Source: Ginglymostoma cirratum
Taxonomy: Eukaryota
DNA: 64,000 bases
Assembly (NCBI GenBank): GCA_024137785.1
Contig: JAHRHZ010000282.1
Location: 248,001 to 312,000, forward strand
Direction: 5' to 3'
The position numbers and the translations under genes were made by a program. Below are positions 26,461-37,574 of this stretch, one piece after another (position 1 is the first letter of the stretch; each line of letters opens with the position of its first letter). The notes below the pieces were generated by a model, which had not been told where the DNA came from, did not search any database, and was given only the letters and a program-made list of their open reading frames with translations.

Positions 26461-28173
26461 TACGTTCCAATTTTCTATGCTTCTGCAATGCATCGTGTAG
26501 ATGGTAACACTTCTCTTACTGAGTATCTGTTATGCAGAGATTGAACACTTCTGGAGGCATTGCACATCAACATTTTTACGAGATGATATCGAGTTTCTTG
26601 AGTCAAATTGGAGTTTTACTCATCCAGGCCACTCCATGAGCCATGGAAGATCAACTACGATCATAGGAAATGGCAGTACAAGCTTGAAGTTGGAATCTCC
26701 TCTTGTGTTTCTAAATTTTATGTCCGTGCATGATCAGCGATGACGTATTCTCAGGCCAAAATTGGGACAAGCAGCAATTGATATCCTTCTAACGAGTTTG
26801 AACAGGTTGGCTTTCTTTTCTACGCTAAACATGGAACCAGGAACCAGGGCTTGAACAGGAATATGTTAAATGGTGCACGAGATAAGTGAAATGAATTCGG
26901 AAAATCGTTCTTGTGCATGACTCCACGACAAACAGCCATGAATACCAAAGTTTACTAAAAGAACAGATAGCGATATTAAGAATAGTGTACTCGTAAAAAA
27001 GACACATTAGAGCAGAATAGAACACGACAGAATGGGAAAGTCCTAGAGGGCTACATGGCAGTACGCATTATCGGAGAGCAGAGAGGGGCTAATGTGACGT
27101 AAAAACACTGGCTCTGTCAAGTTGGGCAAGTTTCCTTTCCCTGCTGCGAAGGTTGTGCATGTTATAAATTTCAGAGGAAACTCGTCCCAGAGAACACGGG
27201 AGAGAATCAGACAATGCTTTGGAGGGAACTGAAAAGAGGCATCTCCCAGTAAGTAACAGTAAATCCACAGCACAACCTGCATAAACTGAAGCCAAACGAC
27301 AACTGAGAGACTTTGGGACAAGCTTCCACGATGTCCAAAACCACAAGTAGAACAAACTAACTTTTGATATAAAATGGAACAGACTGAAAATTTGAATTAA
27401 TTTGAAATTAATACAGTCGTGCACCTTTATAGCCAAAACGTAAAGTCAAAAATAACTAATAGAACACTCCCAAAAGTATTGATCTGTCAAAATTATTGAT
27501 CTTTGGAAGTCAATATTCAATTTGAGTGAATTTATGCTTTTGGTTAGATCTTCCTGGGAGCAGTGACAGAACCTAATGAGGTCATGCTTGAAAACATGGT
27601 TTTTGGAAAGTAAGTTTCTCATTTATGTCAAAATGTTTATTTACATGCATTTTTATTTCATAAAAAGAAGTGAAAATTAAAATCATGCAGCCATAGAGCA
27701 CAGAGGAATGCTATTTGACTATCTATGTACCCCCTCTACGAAGGCAGAAACCAATTAGTTCTCAAAACTTTGCTGTTTTCCAATAGTCCAGTTTGCATTT
27801 CCTCTTCCAATTATTATCCAATTAGAACACGCAAGTTATTGATGAATCCACTCAGGATAACCGCCCCTTACGTAAAACGTAATATGACATCTCTTTTACT
27901 GATTGATTTCCCGTTAAAGCATGTAAAATGCAGCAAGGTACAGAAGACACTAATTTAAGGTAAAATCAGAACTCTTCCAACGAATCAGACTTTTTCTCGA
28001 TAACCAGTGCATTGCCGAACAATAAATGCGATTGAATATGCAGAATTTGACCACAAACCATCCCACGCTCTTCACCCCAACCCCGGGCTCAGAGTTCAGC
28101 TGTACAAACCTCTGCAAACATGATTTTATGCCGCTCTATCTGTGAAATGCGTCTATAACCTTCACCAAGTTCA

Positions 28174-28326
28174 GACTTTTGGACAGCTCTCTCTGTGTCA
28201 CTATGTCTGGAATCGCACCATGTTCATGTTCTTATTCATCTCTTCCCCTGTTCTGTATCACTGTGCCTGTAATCTTCACCATGTTCAGGTTCTTGTGAAA
28301 CTCTCTCCGCGCTCTATATCACTGTG
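28174..28326 (-). repeat. Tandem ~60 bp repeat of 23-RSS units downstream of the supporting V-delta
   Basis: RSS1: CACAGTG (28326-28320) + 23 + ACAAGAACC. RSS2: CACAGTG (28265-28259) + 23 + ATAAGAACA. RSS3: CATAGTG (28205-28199) + ~16 + degenerate nonamer. Confidence 0.85.
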
Positions 28327-28615
28327 TGTGCTGAGCGCCGTCTCCATGCACAGTAATAAGCAGCAGAATCACTCAGTTGTGTTCGAGAGATTATTAACAG
28401 ACCGATTTTCGCCTCAGGATCAATAAAAGCAGAAATTCTTCCCTCAGAAACAGAAGTGCCTGTTTGAAGAAGGAATTTCGGAACCTATCCTGGAGACTGA
28501 CTATACCAGTAGACTGTGTACTGACACAACCCTGAATATTCAGAGTTTAAAGTAACAGTGTCAGTAGCAAGAGGCGTTTGCGGAGGCGGACTCTTGGACA
28601 GCAGGTAATCGGAAT
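28327..28615 (-). pseudogene. TRDV: NAR-TCR supporting TCR delta V segment (leaderless, CDR1 Cys), pseudogene
   Basis: After a CACAG acceptor: (D)SDYLLSKSPPPQTPLATDTVTLNSEYSGLCQYTVYWYSQSPG*VPKFLLQ...GRISAFIDPEAKIGLLIISRTQLSDSAAYYCAWRRRSA. Extra Cys in CDR1, first canonical Cys->Ser, TAG at 28485-28487. Splice phase matches the J donor at 31394. Confidence 0.85.
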
Positions 28616-31394
28616 CTGTGGAATGATATTCAACACCATTACTTATTCAGCCTCTGTTTCTCGGAGAAATTGTAAATCACTGAAATTGTTCTTTTTTTGT
28701 GGCAATTCAATCTGTTGATAGCCCATTTGAACCTATTCTCTTTTATCGAAATAATAAGCTGATTAGGTGATGAGATGACCCTTTGTTTTACTTACTTTAT
28801 TCGAATGATGAGCAATACACTTTCAAAACTGATGGGAGAAACTGATTCAACTGCAAGCTTCAAATGGGCAATCGCCAGCAGCAGAATCAGGCAGAAAATA
28901 AAGGGCTATGGGAAGTAAACAAGTACCATGGGAGCAATTGCAAAGGATTCTGAAGAGGACAGGAATCATATGGGGGGCGGTGGTGGTGAATGGTATCGTG
29001 ATTGATTCTGTGACGTATGTTATACGTCTTCTACTGAAGGATAAGCCCGAGGGAACTTGTTATCCTATTTATTCTGTTGGCAGATAAATCCGAGGGAACT
29101 TCTTAAAGTTCCATTCAAAGCAGGAGGGCGAAGGTTTAAGGTGAAATGGAAAAGATTTTTAACATTCCTGAGGGGCAGCTTTGCACACAGAGAGTGGCGC
29201 GTATATGGAATGAATTCCCAGAGTTAGTGTTCGAGGCAGGTGCAGTTAAAGCAAAGAAAGCATATTTGGACAAGTAAATGAATGCTCAATGTTTAGAGGA
29301 ACACAGGCCAAAGGCAGGCAAATGATATTACTTCAGTTTGGGACACCTGGTCGGCGGGGACCATTTGGATGAAAGCTTACATTTCAGCGCTGTCTGACTC
29401 TATCACTCTATAATCAATATCTACAATTAAATGCCCAAAAGTCATCCAAAAGTTTTGCACGGATGTGTGCGTGTTTGATCAACAGAGATGAGCTCAATCA
29501 TTTCCTGCAGTTTAACTTTTCACAGGAGATTCTACCCGAGTTTTGATCTGCATTATATTTTATTTGCAAATCATGTCACTTTCTTATCCGTTTACCACCA
29601 ACGTGCATAATTTTCGATTAGTATCATTTTATTTCTGCTTTTCCTTTGTCCCTTTTTGTTTTCTTGCAATCGTGGCGCTCGGTGCCAACATCGTTCAGTC
29701 ATCGTTTGTGTTTCGTCTGTATTGTTTCCTAAGGGGTTTTGCTGTTACTGATGGGATCTCCCCTCCAGCTCTCCCTCAGTTTCAATTCTTTGAACAGATT
29801 TATTCTCTGTTGGGTATTTTGACTGAAGATTTTTCTGTTTTAATTTTGCATTAAATATTAAGACAAGAGTCAGGTCAATCGGCCCCAGTGATTTGCCCGC
29901 CCCATCCTGAAATCTAATTTACATTGTCCATCCAGCGTGCTGTGGAGGTGTATTCTATTCTCCTCCCTGCATTTTCACATCCTTCCATTAATGACACAAT
30001 AGAATGTGCTCCAATCTCTCATGAGACAAGTTCTACATTCTGCCATCTCATTTTATATATTTCTCCATATTCATGACTTGATTTATTCTGTTATTGAGCA
30101 TGATTTATTAATGTTTCGATGCTCTTGGCTCCGTCTCATTCACCCCATTCGCTGGATCATGGTACTAAGATTTCCAAGAAGTCTCGTGGTTCTTCCCTGG
30201 CTCTCAGAGAAGAGAGCGACCCATCGAAAATTATTAGGCTTTGAGCCTCCGCTATTTTCTGAATAACAGAATGCCACAGTATCACGACAATGGCTTGACT
30301 GAATTAGTTTATGTCTTAGTTATATTTGCTGATCTCTTAATATTAAACTGTGACCCCTCTGTATACTTTTTAGAGCGGGTAAATTCCACTGAACAGCTCT
30401 CCCTTAACAATTGCGTATGTTTAAATTAGATCACTTTTCCTTCTTCTGAACGCCGACCAATGCAGCTCAGACTTCACAATCACTTCACAAAGGTGAACAA
30501 TGTTATCGTCAGTGACTGCATGATGAATCTTCGCTGCACTTGCTCCAAAATAAACCGTTCCTTCCTCAAGTAAGGCGAGCAAACTTTTACCCACAACTCC
30601 AGGCTGGAACCCATTCCAGCCCTTCCCTCCAGAGAGCTTACGAAACACCCTGGTGAGGGGTTGTACTTTGATTGATGGCCCAGAAATTGCCATAAATTTC
30701 TTTTGAGGAACTTTTACTTTTTTGTTCTAAATGAGTATTTCTTCAGTTTGCATTGATTACCTTCAGCAGCTACATTACAGCAAAGCAACGTCTCAAAAAA
30801 CTATTTAAAATAAAAACGGGCTTACAGTTTTACATCCATGTATAAGGCTGGAATGTTAGGAATATTATTGGCTATATAAAAGCATACATAAAAACTATTG
30901 AAAAAATGCCATATCGATCATTCATCTCAAGGATTCCCCAACGACAAACATTCATCTACCATACAGCCGGATCACGAATGCATGATGTTCGCTGAGTGAT
31001 GCTATCAATTTTTTCGTGAGGCAAGTGTTTTTTGTCATGTTTTCCCACCCGGGACCTGACACGGACTTTAATTCCTGCCCCGTTTGGAGCTCTATGATGC
31101 CACTCCTCTGACCTAAGCTATACACTGTGCCCCATCTGTCACATGTTACTGTTAACTGTTAGACTAATAATGCCCCAGATGCAGTGAAATAGTCAACTCG
31201 GAGCCAGGTTCCATAGCCTTCCGCCTGATCAAAGTGGGACCCAGATCCCCGATTCTGCTTACAATCCAGACACTGCAATGCAGATGATTTTTTCCAAAAT
31301 TTTTGTTTTAATTTCGATGCAATTAAAGATCACAGGAATAAACTGAACATTCACCACGACAGTGTATAGAAAGGCGAAGTGTGAAGTTACTTAC

Positions 31395-31482
31395 CAGCTG
31401 TGACAATCAGCACCGATCCGGATCCATCTACATAGCCATAAACCACAGTAATGCTCCTCTCAGTCTCCCCTGTACAAGAACC
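31395..31482 (-). other. NAR-TCR J segment (31395-31443) with 5' 23-RSS (31444-31482)
   Basis: GGTTCTTGT + 23 nt + TACTGTG, then VYGYVDGSGSVLIVTA and a G|GTAAGT donor. IgNAR-like DGxG motif and IgH-type 23-spacer. Confidence 0.88.
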
Positions 31483-31789
31483 AACGCTACCTCAAAGAGA
31501 AATGGAATCATCATCACGCCGTTTGAATAGTTCATTTATTTTGGAGATTTAGAGAAATAACCAATACTCTCCGTGTCCAAGTTTTCTTTGATTCAAGCTC
31601 ATTTTCTGACCTTATTGCAAATAGTGCAGAGTGCAGGAGGCAGATGTTCACTTCACACAAAAGGAGGAGAATCTAAAATAAAATTAGTTGCTGGAGAGTG
31701 AAAGTAAATTAACCCATACTATAACGAAGGGAATTTCAGGCCCTCAGTTGACTATTGGGGCTGGAGAATTTATGTATTATCAATCCAGA

Positions 31790-31861
31790 GAAATTTCGTT
31801 GGCACCCTCTCACTGTGCATTCTCTCAATCTTACACAATGTTCCAAGCCTGTGTAAATGTT
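31790..31861 (-). other. NAR-TCR D segment (31818-31833) flanked by 12-type RSSs
   Basis: On + strand: aaatttcgt + 11 nt + CACTGTG, 16 nt core, CACAATG + 12 nt + gtaaatgtt. Lies between the V and J; nonamers are degenerate. Confidence 0.7.
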
Positions 31862-32177
31862 CTTAGAACTGATGTGGGGACATTACTGAAACAGCCGGAC
31901 TGTATTTCTGGATTCCAGTTGTAAGAACAAGATCCCGGCTCATGTGAGCATCCTTTAAATGTGGTCAGTCTTTCCGAAATTGCAATCACCTACAGTAATC
32001 CTGGGAAAGACTGCGCCATCTGAATATACTTGGAACCTGTGAAACTCAAGATGCTGTTTAAAATTATCCAATCTCAGTATAAATTGTACTGGAGGGTAGA
32101 GCTGTGAGGCAGAACTGTTTGAATTGCCAGAAGATTAACTTGGTTTTCAATTTGTTTCTGAGATGATCTCCAGTGAG

Positions 32178-32688
32178 AGATTTTGTGCGACGTGAAGCCG
32201 AGGTCCATCACTGTGTCTGTCGTACTGAGCCTTACATTAATAGGTGGCAGTGTCTTCAACTCTGATATCCCGAATTTCCAACGAAAATGTCTTTTGTGCT
32301 TCAGTCGTGGACACAACAAACCTCCCGCCGCTGGTGATCCGCTCCCACTCCTTCGCTGTCCGCGTTTTTTTGAAGAAATGTCCACGCCTAAAATAATCAT
32401 CTGAACAGGGACTACTAAACTCACAGCTGATGCTGACGGACTGGCACTCCTTCCCGGTCACCGTCTCTGTGTCACCGACTGACTGAAATAACCTGGACAT
32501 CAAACAGAGTGAGGCTAGTGAGAATTAGAAGAGACTCTCACAAATGGGTTAAAACCCCAGTCCATGTCTGCAATTCGGACGAACTCGGGCAGTAATGTAT
32601 TTTTAATTACACACATTATCGGTTTCTGTGATCAGTATCTACTGGGTAAACAGAGACACAGGATCAAAACAAGAAGATTATCCATCAT
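32178..32688 (-). pseudogene. NAR-TCR (IgNAR-like) V segment pseudogene: leader 32643-32688, V exon 32216-32492, RSS 32178-32215
   Basis: Leader MMDNLLVLILCLCLP. V reads YFSQSVTQ/frameshift/VTGKECQSVSISCEFSSPCSDDYFRRGHFFKKTRTAKEWERITSGGRFVVSTTEAQKTFSLEIRDIRVEDTATY*CKAQYDR, with the VNAR-type short FR2-CDR2 region and an FR1 Cys. RSS is CACAGTG + 22 nt + ACAAAATCT. Confidence 0.88.
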
Positions 32689-34337
32689 TACCGCGCTTGG
32701 AGTTGATGATTTTGGTGATGGGAAAGAACAGACTACTCTACGAGACTGGGTCGTGATCTGCAATGACTTGGTGGAGAAGGATGTATTTGAGTTGCATTTA
32801 TCAGTGTCCATTGAGGTGATTGATGGGCCAATGGATTCATGGTCTCTGGACTTGCCTTATCTGAACAAACAATATGTTTTAAAGAGCGAACCTCGAGTTT
32901 TACGTCACTTCATCATCTGTGTGATCTGATTATGTAATCCCCTCTCACATTGACCCAATGCACAGGGGTGGAGTTGTGGCTGAATGTGGGTAGATGTTCT
33001 GTCAGCAAACGCTGCAGTTCTCCTTGGTCCCGCATGAATGAGCCGTGTGCTCGGTCCGTGTTTCCATTGAATGATATGTGTTGAGCAAAGAATGTGGAGG
33101 TGGGATTCCTGGAGAAACCAAAGTCAACATCCCCCACTCCACTATGCCCACCATTACGTTCTATTACACCTTGCCCGCACAGTCCTCATTTTAATTCATC
33201 GGTACTGATGATTATTCAATGCTGACCAGGTTGATGGGACCTCGATCAAAGATCTGATCAGGAAAACTGTACCTCAAACCAGGCAGCTTCATTCATGCTT
33301 GCAACTGATCACCAGATTACAAGATGATATCGTCCAGTGAGAATATTGTGGTGAACATATATACTTTACGAGACAAACAAACTTTCCCAGACATTTAAAC
33401 AAACATTTTCTGCAACAACCCTTTCTGCCTGTTGGTATAATTTAAACCTAGAAAGATTTTATACGTTTGAATGAGATTATTGCCCGTTTTTCTAAACTGG
33501 AGAGAATACAGTCTGACACTCTTCTAGGGACAATCCATCTGTTCCACTAACCGTTAGTGAAGCACCTTTGCTTTCCCTCTCTGTAACAGGGCCTGGTTCT
33601 GGTGGTGGAATCTTTTGTTTCTGAAAGAGGCTCATCTCAGACTTTATCAGTAACTCATGATGTGTGACCTGCTGTGAATATCCACATGTCTGTTCTTTTC
33701 AGTTTTTTATGTTACTGAATTTTGTTCTTTTCTTTTCCTGAAACTTCTGCTAAGACGTTTTCTGTGTGTAACACTGAGATCCAGAGGAGTTTAAGTCTGT
33801 TAAAGCCAATTCCTACACATAGCAGGAGGATTCGACTAGTTATCAGTTCGTATCAAATCAATAAAGAAGAAGCTTTCACGATGTCTATGAAATGTGACTG
33901 GCAGCATTCACAGAGACAGAAAGAGTTACTGTTCCGATTTCAACGAGTCTCCTTTGGAACATGTTCCAAAGATTCTGCCAGACCTGCTGAATTTCAACAG
34001 CACTGCGATGTCATTATTTCAGACCTCCAGTATCTGCAGCAATTTGGACTATGGGCGTACATACATGAAGCACCATTTGCGGATACTCTTCACTGCTGAT
34101 TTTAAATAATGTACCATTGAAGCCCATGCATTCACCTGCCTGGACTCTAGAACTTGGAATTTCCGACCGAAATATTTGAAAACGTTTTACTTTGTTTTCC
34201 TCCTTGAAAACACTCCTTTTAACTGATAAATTTGGCCAAGCTTTGGGTCATGTGATTTTATATGGTCCAAAGATCCCGCGAAGCTCTGAGACATTTTGTT
34301 AGATTAAAACTGCAGTCTTTAAGTGTTTACCGTTCAG

Positions 34338-35780
34338 TGAGACGTGACCACTGACTGAGTGGAAGAGGCTTTACCAATGTAAGTCACAAGAGACAGCTTG
34401 TTATAACAGAGTTGACAATACGTGAGCTCTGAATCCACTGTATTATTCCTGTTGTCTGGATCAGGTTTGGTGATGCTGTAACTTTTCAAAGGTTATTTTA
34501 TGCTGGGATTTTTAAGGCATGTTGTAAAGGCAGAGATACCTGAATTTTCACTGGATCCTCCCTGAGTCACTAAATTAAGAGAGATAACAAGTCGTAGAGC
34601 TGGATGAACACAGCAGGCCAAGCAGCATCATAGGAGCAGGAAATCTTGACGTGTCGGGCCTAGATCCTTCATCAGAAAAATGGCTCCTATGTTGCTGCTT
34701 GGCCTGCTGTGTTCATCCAGCTCTCCACCTTGTTATCTCGGATTCTCCAGCATCTGCAGTTCCTATTATCAGTAAATTAATAGGCGTTTGCATTTCTTTT
34801 TCTGACAAAAAGATGGAACAATGGAAGGTGAGTTACCTGTTCGCCCAGATCAGGATTTTTAAGTTTATTTTAGCTATAGCTGTTGAAGCTGTTAGGATTC
34901 CAGAAGGTTTGCAAGCTTCAGTAAATATTCCTTAACCATAACTTTGTATGGAATCTCTCTTCGTGCTGTTTCCTTCTGGAGTTGAAAACTGCACGTAATA
35001 TTTGTGTATGAATTTACCATTTTGCCAAGTGTTGTGTTTATGTGAAATTGCTATTTTGGAGCAGTTAATTATTAATAGGTACTGTTTCTAGTTTTCCAAA
35101 ACTTAAGTTATTCTAAATTCCTTTTTATTTTGTTTGTATTTTAAATACAGCGTTTCAATAATTTGTGTTTTTGTTCACGTCGAGTGCTTTGACTACTTGC
35201 CTCACATCTGGAAGACTCAGTTCACATCTAAATTTAAAAGAAGAAAAAGTTGGGGCTCAGTGTTCTTAAAATATTTTGAGAGGGACTGGTCTGCTGCGTA
35301 ACAAACTGGGGTCTCGTGCGATATCTCATTCTATAATTTCAATTTGGGTTTAGGGTTGTTGACTGAAAGGCAGCGAATGATATGTGTTAAGAGAGAGGGA
35401 GATAACCAGGTGTCGAGCTGGATGAACACAGCAGGTCAATCAGCTTCAGAGGAGCAGGAAGGCTGACGTTTCGGGCCTAGACCCTTCTTCGGAAATGGGG
35501 TAGTATGTGTTAGTTATGGAATAATATGTGTTAGTGTCTTTTGTTTTGGGTGCTGAATTTGGGTGTTTCGAACAGGGAATGCTTTGTGTAGTAATGGCCC
35601 TTTCAGTCACTCAGAGCGTTTTGGGGGTGGAAGAAGTGACTTTAGGAGTTTTACGAAATGTGAGCAAGGCAAAGCTGTTGGAATTGGCAGACAAGCTGGA
35701 GTTTGAGTTGTCTTTATCTATGAGAAAAGGGAAGGTATTTTCAACAACAGCTCGTCATTTAAATTTGCTGGAAATGCACA
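34338..35780 (+). mobile_element. LTR retroelement 5' end: LTR (~34338-35303), tRNA-Pro-like PBS (35307-35324), gag N-terminus from ATG 35594
   Basis: Termini tgagacg...cgtaaca. TGGGGTCTCGTGCGATAT matches the tRNA-Pro PBS TGGGGGCTCGTCCGGGAT at 14/18. ORF MALSVTQSVLGVEEVTLGVLRNVSKAKLLELADKL. Penelope-repeat insertions near 34580-34770 and 35400-35500. Confidence 0.65.
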
Positions 35781-35787
35781 CATTTGA

Positions 35788-36120
35788 TTGGCCGTTCACA
35801 TGCTGTGAGTGTGGGAATGTATTTCCCCAGTCGTCTGCTCCGCCCACTTGACAGCGGATTCACAGTGGAGAAAGGCTGTTCATTTGTTCCAAGTGTGGGA
35901 AGAGATTTTCTCAGTTGTTCAACCTGCAAACACAGCAGCGAGTTCAAACCGGGGAGAAACCAATCACCCACTCCGAGTGTGGGAAGCAGTTCAGTCAATC
36001 ATCCAACCTGCTGCCACAGCAACGCATTCACGCTGGGGGGAGACCGTTCATCTGCTCTCAGTGAGAGATACAAATCGCTCAATTGTCCAGCCTGCAGAGA
36101 TACCAGGGAGTTCGCAAATG
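35788..36120 (+). pseudogene. C2H2 zinc-finger array pseudogene (about 4 decayed fingers)
   Basis: PFTCCECGNVF...[37 protein letters not shown]...[29 protein letters not shown] with TGEKP-like linkers, stops and lost His residues. Confidence 0.85.
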
Positions 36121-37574
36121 ATGACAAGAGTACGTTATGCTGTTATTGCCGCTGGTAATCACATCCAGAAATGAGCCACATTCATTCTGATAGTGGGTGA
36201 CATGGGAGGGTTAGAAGATTTCGTTCTGCTGGACTGGCCGCTCTCTCCGCTTTGCTGTTCATGGCCTGATTTGTCTAATTTCATCTGAATAACTGAAATA
36301 AAGGAAGGTTCAGAAAATAAAAAATAAAAAAAAAAGTTTGCATGTCATTTTCTCCAACAGTTAGCATGGGACTGATCTCGTTGTTTTGTTTAAATCATGT
36401 GGATACTTCTCACAGAATGTAATTGTAGATTTGTAAAGTTTGCAGCTTATTTATTGTCGCCGAGGGGAAAGGAACCTGGAAGGCTTGCTAAGCTTGAAAC
36501 TGGAGGAGGAACTCTCCAGTGACCCTCTCAATTAAAGGCAAAGAGTCTTGTGGCAGAAAGCTGTCATACCTGGGACAAATGAATGAGGTGCAGAAGGGTC
36601 AATGAAACACTTTGAAACTACTTTACCACGTGAAAAGTTCATGATTGATCTGATTGACAGGAACATGGAGTGGAGTTTACAAGAATTTGGTGTAGAAGAT
36701 GGAACTGTTTAATGGATTTGCTATGTTTTCACTGTCATAGATTAGAATTGAAAGAAAAATTGCTGGAGATCAAGAAATAAAAAGATTTGAAAAAAAAATC
36801 ATGAGGGTCGAAATTTATACACATGGTGGTTCGGATGCGGAATGAATCTCCTTTCGACTTGGTGGATGTGGGCAATATTACGTTTAAATGACACTTAGAT
36901 AAGTACGTGAATTGAAAAAGTTCTGAAGGATATAGGTCAGGAGAAGGCAGAGGTGACTAGTTTCATTTCGGATTATGTTCAGCATGGGCTAGTTGGACCA
37001 AGGGCCTGTTTCTGAGCTGTGTGACGACAAGTAACTCAGAAACAGAAACAGAAATTGCTGGAATAGCTCAGCCTGTCCGGCTGCATTTGTGGTGAGAAAT
37101 AAACTAACGTTTTGGGTCAAGTGACCGTTCCTCAGAACCTGCTTAGCTTTTCCAGCAATTTCTGTTTTTGTTTCCTGATTTACAACATCCGCAGTTCTTT
37201 TGTTTTTCATTGTATAAGTAAGTCAGTTTTCTTACAAGTGTTTCGTGTTGATGCACAGAATGTTCTCCCACAGAGAGAAACTGTGAGGAACCAATCCGTT
37301 CGAATTCATTTTCCATGTGTGAAAATAGATGTGAGGCATTGTGAGGAATTTATATTTTCAGGGAAGCCAAAACCATTTTTAGTCTGGGTTGCTGTCACAG
37401 CTCCAACCTTATGTGTAAAACGTTTGTATCTTTCTCCAAATAAGTTCATTCTATTAACACAAAGCATTGTTAAAAAAAAATGTCAAAGTTACTAGTCGGA
37501 CCATAGCTGGAAAACTGCAAACAGTGTTGAGCAGCATATAAATGGAAAGTTATATTTGCATTGGAGGCAGTTTC

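Noticed and set aside
28140-28326. CRISPR-like repeat-spacer appearance
   Set aside because: Eukaryotic context; the units are duplicated RSSs with similar rather than unique spacers.
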